Source of the DNA: Micropepsaceae bacterium
Lineage (GTDB): Bacteria > Pseudomonadota > Alphaproteobacteria > Micropepsales > Micropepsaceae
Assembly (NCBI GenBank): GCA_036264295.1
Contig: DATARE010000591.1
Span: 1 to 44,861, forward strand
Length of the DNA stretch: 44,861 bases
Direction: 5' to 3'
This document shows positions 19,601 through 25,585 of this stretch, piece by piece. The translations under genes and the position numbers were made by a program. The notes beneath the pieces were generated by a model. That model made no database searches and was not told the origin of the DNA. It saw nothing but the letters and a program-made list of their open reading frames with translations. How positions within the stretch are numbered: the first letter of the stretch is position 1; each line of letters opens with the position of its first letter.

Positions 19601-22600
19601 AAGCGTGATATTGCCGCCTTTGCCAACCGGGCGGCGGCCGGCTGCGTTCAGCTGCAAATTGCCATTAATGCCGACCCGCCCGCCGCTGCTGACATCGAAT
19701 TGGCTGCCGGCCGTCACCACAATGTTGCCGGTCAAATCTGTAAAGCACGTCACGCCGCAAGACACGCTCGCGGTGTTGGTCTTGAGGGCAACGGTGCCGC
19801 CATCGACATAGGCGCTGCCTAGGACCTGCTCCGGAGGCGCATTCGCGTCGTTCACCCAAAGGCCGCTGGCATCGAGGATGGCGCCCTGACCGATCCGGAT
19901 CGTGCTTGTCAGCGTGCCGTCGGGGATATTGGGACTGGCGATACTGAGTGCCGTCGCCGTGGCCGTGATCGCACCGGATTGGGCTGTGAGATGGCCCTCG
20001 ATATCAACCGTTCCACCGGTGAGATTGATCGCGCCGCCGGGCGTCACGCTCAAATCCGCATCGGCGGCCACGGTCACCGTCCCGGGAGCACTGACGGACA
20101 CGCTGCGGAAGCCCGCATCGCTCAGCGCACTCGCCGAGAGCAAAATATTGTTCAGACGATCATTGCCCGAAACCCTCGGAAGCGGAGTGCCAAGCGCAAA
20201 ATCGCTTGGCAGCGGGACAACCTCGTTCTGGATCACGACATTGGCAAAGCCGTTGATTGCCAACGCCCCCGCATTCGGCATGGTCGTGGGATCGGTCGCG
20301 ATCGCCGAAATGGTATTGGCCGTACTGCCAGAGGCGCGGCTCCCGAGCGCGGTCTGCCGCTGACCCGCAATCGCGCCGGCAACGAATCTGCCGTCAAGAC
20401 CATAGCTCTGCGCATTCAGCACAATGGCGCCGGCGTCATAGCCCTCGACATAACCCGGGTCGCTCTGGCTGTTGGTCAACAGCGCCGAAGCGAATGTTTG
20501 CGTTGTGTTTGATCCCCAATGGGGATGCGCAAGCGTCGTGATACCGGCCACGCCGATATAGGTTTCCAATGGACTCGCATTGGCGATGTTGACGATGTGG
20601 CCGTCGGCAGTGAGCAGATTGCTCGTCGCGATCACACCATCCTGATATTGAACATAACCGCCCGATACATTGATGGTGGAGCCTTGACGCTGGATGATCG
20701 CGCCGCCCGCGCCGGGCGTCGCGGTCAGGTTTACCGTGCCGCCCACCGTCAACAACTGATCGATGCCATGCTGCACATTGGCAATCATGCCGGCCACATC
20801 GGCCAGCGGCGTACCATCGCGAATATCGAAGGTCAGACTTTGTCCGCGCAACGCCCCATTGCGCTGCAGCGGCTGGTCGGCGAATTCGTTGCCGAAAGGT
20901 TTGAACGTGATGAGATTGTCGGACATCGGCAGGATCACACCACCCAGTCCCGAAACGTCAATGGTGCTGCCGGGCGCCAGATAAATCAGCGGTGTGGGCG
21001 ATTCCTGCGCGACAATCGTCGCGGCCGCCGTGTCGGGATAGATCTCCAGATTGGGTGTGCGCAATCCCGTCACCTGAACGCCCCCGTGGGGCGCACTGGC
21101 CCCCGGGGCTTCGATCAGCGAACCGGGTTCGAGATCGACCACATTGCCCCGCATCTCGATAGAGCCGGGGGTGAAACTTGCAATCGCGCTCAGCGGCGCG
21201 GTTTCACCGTTCTCGTCCGGCAAGATTTGTGTGCTGCTGCCGCTCGCCAAGGTGAGTTTCAGGCGCGCATCGAGAAAGATCTCACCGTCACGCGTGATGC
21301 TGGTATTGGTCTGAATGACTCCCGCCTGAGTCACGACATCGCCATTGACGATGACGACGCCACGGTCGGATTGGATCACGCCATTGTTCGTTATTCGTCC
21401 GCCGCTGTTGGGCCCCGTGCCTGGGCCGGTGATTTCCGCGCTTTCGACGCCATCGATGCGCCACGGCACCCCGACGCCGCCAGGCAGCAGCGCGGTTGCG
21501 GTGGTGTTGAGTCCGACTGCGCGAAAAGTGGGCGAGGTCGTCAACTGGCCGGACTCGAAGCTTCCCTTGCCATCGTCCAAATAGGCATTCGGCGTCAGCT
21601 GTATGGCCTGTGCCGCCACCATGAGCACCTCGCCGGCCGGCGCGATGATTGTGCCGTCGTTCTCGACATTGGGCGCAAACAGATAGACAAACCCGCCGGC
21701 ATCGGGCGAAACCGAACGCGGCGCCAGATTCGCGGTGATGACCGCCCCGGGTTCTATGACAACATCGCCCTCCGGCGCGGTATCGGCCGCGCGGTACGAA
21801 AAGCTGAGATGGCTGTTGGCGGTATTGGATGCGTTGGTAATACCGACATTCAGAAAGAAATTGTTGCGCTCCGCCACCGTCATGGTGGGATCGCCTACGT
21901 CGAGAGTGGATGCGATCAGCGAATGCACATTGATTTGCGCATTCGGTCCGAAAATGATCCCGTTGGGATTGATGACGTAGACGCTGCCCGGCGCCTTTAT
22001 GGCCCCCAAAATATAGGACGGCGACAGGCGCGTACCGTCGGCGGCCGAACCGGCTACAATGCGGTTCAGCACTGTCCAGGTCGCATTGTCCTGTTGATCG
22101 AACACCAGCGTTTCGCCGTTGTTGAGATCGAAGCTTTTCCAGGTGAGCAGCGCATTGGGCGCGGTTTGCTGCACGGTCGCGGTGGAATTGCCGCTGTTCT
22201 TCTGGAGCGGATTCGCATTGATCCAAAGCGAAGGATCGCTGTCGTCGGCCGGTTTCAGGCCCGACAGAGCGGTGCCGTCCCAGGTGCTGCCTTTGAGAAG
22301 ATCGGCCTGCTTCAAGGCCTCGAGGCGGCCGGCAAGTGTCGTGACATGGCCGGTGACCGGATCCTTGACCGTAAGCTGGTTGGCGGCCCGCGCGCTGGCC
22401 TGGGAGGTATTCAGGTCCTTCAGCGCCTTTGCGGCATTTGCGAGGTTGGCTGCGGACAGCGCGACCTGCGGCTGAACGGCGGGATTGTCGAGGGGGCTTG
22501 CGGCGGAAGTGCCGCTGCGCGCGCGCAGACTCGCCTTTTGCCCTAAGCCGGCAGGGGAAAGTTGGGAAACGACATCGGCGCGGGCAGCGGAATTGGTGGC

Positions 22601-22678
22601 CAGCGCCATCAGGCCCACTCCAGCCCAGAGCGCGCGTCGATAGCTGCTCCGCCTTGGCGGCCTACGCACAAACGACAT
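10598..22678 (-). CDS. Giant filamentous-haemagglutinin-family exoprotein (TpsA of a two-partner secretion system), ~4,026 aa from ATG 22678 (4,040 from GTG 22720)
   Basis: Uninterrupted 12.1-kb ORF. Signal peptide MSFVRRPPRRSSYRRALWAGVGLMALATNSAARA. TPS (haemagglutination activity) domain at about nt 21881..22168: LLTWKSFDLNNGETLVFDQQ...WTVLNRIVAG...ILGAIKAPGSVYVINPNGIIFGPNAQINVHSLIAST. The body is a long Gly/Ala/Thr/Asn-rich beta-helix-like stretch. The C-terminal module (about 10601..11150) contains GDLDAGRGAKT (resembling the LDA-containing DUF3739-type end of this family) and ends ITVEVLGFGNCDPEAGVRCGQ. Confidence 0.9.
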   Translation of the reverse strand: MSFVRRPPRRSSYRRALWAGVGLMALATNSAARADVVSQLSPAGLGQKASLRARSGTSAASPLDNPAVQPQVALSAANLANAAKALKDLNTSQASARAANQLTVKDPVTGHVTTLAGRLEALKQADLLKGSTWDGTALSGLKPADDSDPSLWINANPLQKNSGNSTATVQQTAPNALLTWKSFDLNNGETLVFDQQDNATWTVLNRIVAGSAADGTRLSPSYILGAIKAPGSVYVINPNGIIFGPNAQINVHSLIASTLDVGDPTMTVAERNNFFLNVGITNASNTANSHLSFSYRAADTAPEGDVVIEPGAVITANLAPRSVSPDAGGFVYLFAPNVENDGTIIAPAGEVLMVAAQAIQLTPNAYLDDGKGSFESGQLTTSPTFRAVGLNTTATALLPGGVGVPWRIDGVESAEITGPGTGPNSGGRITNNGVIQSDRGVVIVNGDVVTQAGVIQTNTSITRDGEIFLDARLKLTLASGSSTQILPDENGETAPLSAIASFTPGSIEMRGNVVDLEPGSLIEAPGASAPHGGVQVTGLRTPNLEIYPDTAAATIVAQESPTPLIYLAPGSTIDVSGLGGVILPMSDNLITFKPFGNEFADQPLQRNGALRGQSLTFDIRDGTPLADVAGMIANVQHGIDQLLTVGGTVNLTATPGAGGAIIQRQGSTINVSGGYVQYQDGVIATSNLLTADGHIVNIANASPLETYIGVAGITTLAHPHWGSNTTQTFASALLTNSQSDPGYVEGYDAGAIVLNAQSYGLDGRFVAGAIAGQRQTALGSRASGSTANTISAIATDPTTMPNAGALAINGFANVVIQNEVVPLPSDFALGTPLPRVSGNDRLNNILLSASALSDAGFRSVSVSAPGTVTVAADADLSVTPGGAINLTGGTVDIEGHLTAQSGAITATATALSIASPNIPDGTLTSTIRIGQGAILDASGLWVNDANAPPEQVLGSAYVDGGTVALKTNTASVSCGVTCFTDLTGNIVVTAGSQFDVSSGGRVGINGNLQLNAAGRRPVGKGGNITLETYVGGWHVESQATSPPTIAAPSATVVFTGSDGNASGIAAAFNSTISAYGFDQGGVLTIQVPTLQIGGAPDPASGALYLPASFFDGNAFGTYDLRSVAGGITIAQNTTVTLKQQNFLADPALLSLPSGTKLADVATLGFQLDFLRAPVNLELTATLPGVAYPFVLNGPALPPKVTLLVEQGAAIIADPGAAISLTVAGRAPSQAVNTNVGQIAAQTGVAEILGSVTAPGGSIALNGGANAEIYLGGDSVLNVQGTALVDQRQAPVRTGKVLPGGTVEVSLIDNGASAFVGLSGAQINVSGASDVFDMPLPPSITGPQFLPTPVWSDAGSIDFSAPTILYDGSFAANPGASSGAGGSLTVRLPLNKTLTVVQGGNVAPAGLRAMDVLPTSLIGHAFFQADRLAGSGIANLTLAAGPTKGEDISGGVFVPGNVVFNGNVDIAGLKSLSIDASVISLVNPGTSAAQTGCQFSINVCLSANYIALLGAGTVMPAPGKGLLEVNAKAIDIDAGNNGNQGLIALSGVAASYFVSTGDIRLSEPLANAAALNIATTLGTPIGELITAGDLTLQAAQIYPASGVDFTLKSTGANATIAFLSNGAAPDLPLSAGGQLTVSAANIVQTGTVLAPLGIIRLGAQSDIDLSPNDPTRDSFVVTQSTILGAGGVTSVSLNGRSVAIPYGETANGQDWTYNSSTGLPLSAAPTKDIAISGKAITIAGGATVDLRGGGDIQAIEFVPGTGGTTDVLSQPGVFAIIPGYDPAAVPLDFDFLFIHGDQVPVAGASVHLSAGAGLPEGDYTLLPAHYATLPGAYLVKIVPNTQDARASQNNVLPDGTLQVAGYLENQLNGTRNARTVAFDVQSGTVWRQYSEIDQTSGNSYFAAQAQASAVPPLLPIDAGHLAVDALSGLHLDGNLLLSPDVKGRGAELDIAAQDLQILSPGKTARNGYTGVDATQLTGFGAGSLLLGGVRLSDSADSTVQAISDSVEISNDANSVLQAPELILVTRTHPQNGDPNTGRGLRLDANSAIATADTMAIRNTSSLTLGDAVHNVDGSGALLALSASKPFLVKRENTQENTGLINMLAGASVQGGASLVLDTTGRIQIADTANLGATNISVASQFINFGSAPGSSGFEISNAVLGQLEQAQTLTLRSTGAIGFYADTNINLAKPGSDLILDGSALSAPNGNIVTIAVGEIDLINSGAAPAKNLAAAGGNLTLNAKTLVLGGGDKALGGFASATFDGTGQIVTRGEGSIAAGTADLTFDTPLFVVGSTSQENITTTGAVVFENTAGVQTPTATAEIGGNFSLTAGSISDSALIQAIAGGVILEATTGDIRLTADAKILAAGFVETFFDQTRFAGGGTVQLLADAGGIDVNSAARIDVSSPETALGNAGHITLATPNGVLSSNNGAAFDMAIIAGTNISDSGGSLTIDAQSIGTRALFTPSIFSDTVDVHIRQGDLTLASDLTARNVQLVADNGTLTIDRIINASGLVAGDKGGSISLYGRSVVLANGGQLNATAFDYQDPNSNLAGGSFTIGTTGTVGADGHAGLQIQSGAVINVSGGGGLGGTVRLRAPIIGGSDIYNSANSIVAIDPIAGSITGARDVTVEAYRTFTPAGTNGIFDGIIDPAGAFDANGKALPNGATNAAHTQFYQTKLVNFVQSFSLANQGNFSSISPGIVHYQPGIELDNDNFSINNGDITVASNWNLGAGKAGFLVNATDFIKKGQVIAPAGTVVTDQNGNLLPAYAAYTGALDFIAGISQITSLAYRVGGTPTGEPGTLTLRASRDININASITDGFFQTADRLNSPYLKAMNDWAGGTGFPDPTVSNVGGYVIAGANYLHSPFGPPPVAPYDAAANLISPVRSGFDPAPIAGADLFPLLAGNTPIESWSYNIAAGADLTSANPVGLRPLAIFADGNGTALAGHGNVVLNGHTDLTLANINSDLVGTHIEIPTMVRTGTGSINVAAARDLILADTIAPGVIYSAGRNSAPLADPGFKVETIPDPINPGNTIKIPVATNPDGFLAPLVLTCDPGSTYLCNPYGVLTAAAFPVDGGDLTVTVQQDILGYEHPTVASAINAGSGRVPNQQYFMPWLLVQSTPLTDTEFGAFSPLSAYVSTGGNIFTPSQTAWWINFGSFDQGLMSVGGNATIKAGRDISQLSVSLPTIGRVSGGLIGEDGTITLPVLHAQASGDLTVIAGHDLLSGAYYEGSGTGKILVGNSVKANWATSDLSGPTIGSTNDVSTVLAVDTGTIAVVARGSLNIAGVVSGTSLQNVGDTSFDPSAGVFVSSYGPSSKVTLESVSGTVVTNSLYNADALVDNIVFLENNGGVPQGYLGVSAYPANFEAIALLGDVRVADSLRLAPSDRGTLTLLAGDSVRVYAHAGGGTSFPSEAISTGPSLVEQTFDPVQPLAGFFPQGATVPDLGAILLHQDDPVPDLIYAATGDIVSGAGVAGASPIDAKAAPLAFEINTPAIMRSARDIIDVPFFGQNLAATDVTQIIAGRDLFYTGAWQKSAFAAGLYGRSGGNAGGLSLAGPGFFDIEAGRNLGPFITPAGDILDSISNNPNATGTGIITFGNNVVVGNRLMLDAQNPSLGPGSEQFARDPNDFLLPRQGADIIADFGVGNGANYQAVIDTYINPDTASSARSYLPALVDFLQTLGFPRESTTQAWATFQTLSQGIQHAFVDRVFFSELRVPGDTAGCCSAQYQIGYAVIDTLFSSTLGYTNNGANGAGPAQRVATGNLDLIHGTIKTLQSATGIIQNAEGTASEVTVGGAVSLIGPGGGIDVGTTAVEVDTKLTNSSVGILSLDNGAISAFTDGSVLVNQSRILTVQGGDVLLWSSNGDLDAGRGAKTTVDFKPLAVQFNPQDLQTINLNGLVSGAGIGTIQSTPDAPSASTFLIAPRGTVNAGDAGLRSSGDLSIAALHILNAANIAAVGTVTGVPTAAVDIAGLESTSSVGGQAAQAAADAVAAASNRNAPAAPMAAPSLITVEVLGFGNCDPEAGVRCGQ

Positions 22679-22745
22679 TGCTTGCACCCGATACGGCAAA
22701 CCGTGCTTCAGCACGAGCACGACATGCGAAATTGTTTTTTTGAGA

Positions 22746-22777
22746 AATATTCGAAAGCTACGTCACTTTTGTTACAG
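22746..22777 (-). promoter_or_regulatory. Candidate Pho-box-like promoter of the TpsA gene
   Basis: The minus strand reads CTGTAAC-AAAA-GTGACGT (7-4-7 layout as in CTGTCAT-N4-CTGTCAT), then 8 nt, then AATATT (-10-like), then an A-rich stretch. It sits 68-99 nt upstream of ATG 22678. The match to the consensus is partial (5/7 and 4/7). Confidence 0.3.
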
Positions 22778-22851
22778 GCACTCGCACCGCGCACCGCGAT
22801 TAACGAAGCATCTTGGGGACAAGAGCGGGATTAACCGCCTTCTCGCCTCCA

Positions 22852-22904
22852 CAAAAAAATCGCCGTATGCACGACCGATCCAGAAGGATGGTCGTGCACA
22901 CGGC
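22852..22904 (-). terminator. Rho-independent terminator downstream of the DING-family gene
   Basis: The minus strand reads gccgtgtgcacgacc-atccttctggatc-ggtcgtgcatacggc (15-bp stem with one G-U; the loop can extend the stem by 4 bp), followed by gaTTTTTTTgt. It starts 15 nt after the stop codon at 22920..22922. Confidence 0.8.
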
Positions 22905-22919
22905 GAGGCACGTGCGAGA

Positions 22920-24608
22920 TTAGGAGGCTGACGGGCCGGAGGCGCAGGCCGGAACGCCCGTCACGCTATTGCCAACATAGCTGATCTCGGTCGGCTTGTT
23001 GGTCGTAAGCAGTTTCTTGACCCCGCTGATGAAGCCGCCGGGGACCTGCGCGAAGCCATGGGCCAGTGTCAGGTTCTTCACGACGCTGCTGTTTTCGGTC
23101 GTCGAGCCGAAATACCAACGCCACATCCCAAGTGCACCAGCCGTAGCGCTCGCCATCGCGTTGCGGTCAGCCTGGGTGGCATAGCAACGATAGACAAAAT
23201 GGAAGCTGAAGCCGCCGAAGGGATAGGCGCCCGCGCCCGAGGGAGACGGGTTCGTGATGCCCCAATTGAGCGGATTGTCGGCGCAGATGCCGTCCGTCGC
23301 CACGACGTGCGGTGCGGTACCCGTGCTATTGCCCGCAACACAGCTGGCTTTGCTGAACGACGGCGCTTTGATTGCGACCGCCACATTGGTGGTGCCCAAG
23401 GTGTCGCCATAGGTCTTGGTCATGATGGTCTTGGTCGTGGTGGGCGTCGGCGCCACGAATTTCTTCGTTCCGGCTATGAGGCTGGCGAGTGTCTGCACGT
23501 TCGCCGTGGCCGCAATAGGATTGCCGTGCGAATCATTTCCCGTGAGAATGGGCTGGGCGAAGTTCGGCGAGAGATAACCGATCGCGCCGGGTGTGCCGTC
23601 GATCGCCAATTCCACGCCTTCCGAGCCGTTGCCCCCGACGAAATGAGCCGCCGCCGGGATATGTCCGTGATTGACGACGTTCAGAAAGAACTTCTGATTG
23701 GCGCCGTTCGGGCTGGTGCCACTGCCGCCTGCCGCGCCCTGATCGGTGATCCACTGAGTCGGAATGGCGGTGCCGGTGAGCGCGCATTGGGTGATCAATG
23801 CGTTGCTGAAGATGAAGGACGTGCCGCTGCCATCCGACCGGTACACAACCGTGATCTGGCCGGTTCCGAGCTTGGTGCCCTTATTGTCGGCGGTGATGGC
23901 GGGATCGCTCCAATCGGTGATCTGACCGGTGAAGATACCGCAGACGGTTTTGGTCGAAAGGTCGACAAAGCTCGTACCGCCCGCACCCTTTAAGCCCTTC
24001 GGCGTCCAGCCTGCGCTCAACGGGGTGAAGGGAAGCGCGATCGGCGTGACAAGGGTCGGGAACTGAAGAGCGCCGTAAGCCGACGCGCTGGCGGCGGCGA
24101 CGTCGGAAGGAACGAAGCTGTAGTCGCTCGCGCCGTAATGGATCAGCGGATATTCGTTCGTGTTGGCTGCCGGAGCATAAGACGCGCCGATGAGGTTGGT
24201 GCCGTAAAAGGCGCTGCCGCTGGCGTTGAAATCGCCGGAATAGGGGAGCGGCTGCGGGTCCATAACTTTGCCCGCAAAGGATTTGTCCTGGGTGTCATAG
24301 GCGCTCGTACCGCCGCCGCTGCCCGAACCGGCATACAGCAATTCGACGTTGGTATTATACGGCGCGGTGAAGCCTGTGGAGCCATTGCAGGCCGCAGGCA
24401 AAGCGCCGAGGAAGTGCGGAGCCGCCGTGGAGTTGCTGCCATAGCAGCTGAAGACCTGACGATAGTAGAGTTCGGCGAGCGTGCTGCCGCCGCCATAGAT
24501 GGGCGTTGTGGCCGCGCGCGCCGGTGCAGATTCCATCGCGAGCAGACAGCTGGTGAGGGCAAGTGCCGACACCATACCGCCGACCGGTAGAAGACGAGAT
24601 TTGGACAT
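22920..24608 (-). CDS. Secreted DING-family / PstS-like phosphate-binding protein (extended, 562 aa)
   Basis: The ATG has RBS AAGGGGA 7 nt upstream. Signal peptide ...LLAMESAPARA. The mature N-terminus ATTPIYGGGSTLAELYY parallels the DINGGGATLPQ.LY that names DING proteins. VDLSTKTVCGIFTGQITDW, ITVVYRSDGSGTSFIFSNALITQC (the RSDGSGTT phosphate-binding loop of the PstS fold), YPFGGFSFHFVYRCY and a C-terminal Cys are all collinear with DING proteins as I recall them. The protein is about 150 aa longer than classical ~40-kDa DINGs. Confidence 0.8.
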   Translation of the reverse strand: MSKSRLLPVGGMVSALALTSCLLAMESAPARAATTPIYGGGSTLAELYYRQVFSCYGSNSTAAPHFLGALPAACNGSTGFTAPYNTNVELLYAGSGSGGGTSAYDTQDKSFAGKVMDPQPLPYSGDFNASGSAFYGTNLIGASYAPAANTNEYPLIHYGASDYSFVPSDVAAASASAYGALQFPTLVTPIALPFTPLSAGWTPKGLKGAGGTSFVDLSTKTVCGIFTGQITDWSDPAITADNKGTKLGTGQITVVYRSDGSGTSFIFSNALITQCALTGTAIPTQWITDQGAAGGSGTSPNGANQKFFLNVVNHGHIPAAAHFVGGNGSEGVELAIDGTPGAIGYLSPNFAQPILTGNDSHGNPIAATANVQTLASLIAGTKKFVAPTPTTTKTIMTKTYGDTLGTTNVAVAIKAPSFSKASCVAGNSTGTAPHVVATDGICADNPLNWGITNPSPSGAGAYPFGGFSFHFVYRCYATQADRNAMASATAGALGMWRWYFGSTTENSSVVKNLTLAHGFAQVPGGFISGVKKLLTTNKPTEISYVGNSVTGVPACASGPSAS

Positions 24609-25132
24609 GTCTATTTCCCCTTAATGGTTGATTCGAATACGGAAGCGAATTGCTCAAACACCACCGCCCAATTCATGCCGGGCACATCTGTCCAAGCGCT
24701 CGACGAGTTCTTCTCGGCGACGTCTCGATCATTGCTGCTCTTCCAACCACGCAATCGACATCCTGCTCGCACAACGAGAGTTGTGCGGATGCTTCTTCAA
24801 AACCGTCTTGAACGCCCCGCCGCCGGAAGAATGGTGGCAAATCATTGCAGCGCCTGAGAGCGAAACAACGATTGGCGCGGACTGTAGGAACCGTCGATGT
24901 TACTTTCGTGACGGATTTATTTTCGTGCGATGAAATCCATTGTCATGAATCTTCAGGATTCACGCGCATTCGTTCCATGCAGAGAACAAGCGGGGCAATC
25001 GACAAACACATTCTCGCCGAGCGGTTGAAAATGCCGTATTCACCGCGCTATACGAAGCTACGGTTTTCAGGCGAGAGGGATCAATTGCGCTGCGAGATTC
25101 AGACGTCCCCGGAGTCGGCTCCCTTTTCTCAT

Positions 25133-25585
25133 TTGCAGACCGCGAATGCGGCGTCGGCGTGGCCTCGCTCTCAAAAAGAACGCGGCTTCACTCTGATCGA
25201 ATTGCTGGTTGTGCTCGCGATTCTCGGTCTTCTCATCGGCTTCGTTGCGCCGGCGATGATTCGCCAACTCGGTTCGGCGAAGCACAAAGTCGCTGAGCAA
25301 TCGATCGAGCGGCTCGCCGGCATTCTCGACCTCTACCGGCTCGATGTCGGAAATTACCCGACGACCGAACAAGGTCTTGTCGGTTTAAGCGCCGCACCGT
25401 CCGGCGTTGCCGGCTGGGACGGCCCCTACATCAAAGACCCGAATGGGATCAAAGACCCCTGGGGCCGCGTGTTCGAATATCGCAGCCCGAGTCAGCGTAC
25501 CGGGCATGCTTTCGACATTGTTTCGCTTGGTGCCGATGGACGGCCCGGCGGTGACGGCGAGGACGCCGATCTCATCAATCGGTAG
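25133..25585 (+). CDS. gspG: Type II secretion major pseudopilin GspG
   Basis: ORF 24845..25585. Prepilin motif KERGFTLIELLVVLAILGLLIGFVAP, then the GspG body ...YRLDVGNYPTTEQGL..L......GWDGPYIK...DPWGR.FEYRSP......FDIVSLGADGRPGGDGEDADLIN. The in-frame TTG at 25133 gives a normal 18-aa leader and a 150-aa protein. ATGs at 24977 and 25031 would give implausibly long leaders. Confidence 0.9.
   Translation: MQTANAASAWPRSQKERGFTLIELLVVLAILGLLIGFVAPAMIRQLGSAKHKVAEQSIERLAGILDLYRLDVGNYPTTEQGLVGLSAAPSGVAGWDGPYIKDPNGIKDPWGRVFEYRSPSQRTGHAFDIVSLGADGRPGGDGEDADLINR

Noticed and set aside
10964-22546. Many long plus-strand ORFs inside the TpsA gene (e.g. 10964..12760, 13025..13957, 15440..17539, 18716..19822, 20519..22546).
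   Set aside because: They are antisense shadows of a 12.1-kb GC-rich ORF. Their translations are Arg/Gly/Ala/His-rich low-complexity sequence without recognisable motifs, signal peptides or RBS. The minus-strand product has clear TPS-domain and beta-helix features.
24845-25132. The 96-codon N-terminal extension of the gspG ORF, plus small ORFs 24624..24857 and 24628..24933 in the DING/gspG spacer.
   Set aside because: A prepilin leader of 50-115 aa is implausible. The extension lies in the AT-richer regulatory spacer and has no protein-like features, and the small ORFs are Ser/Arg/Cys-rich with no RBS.
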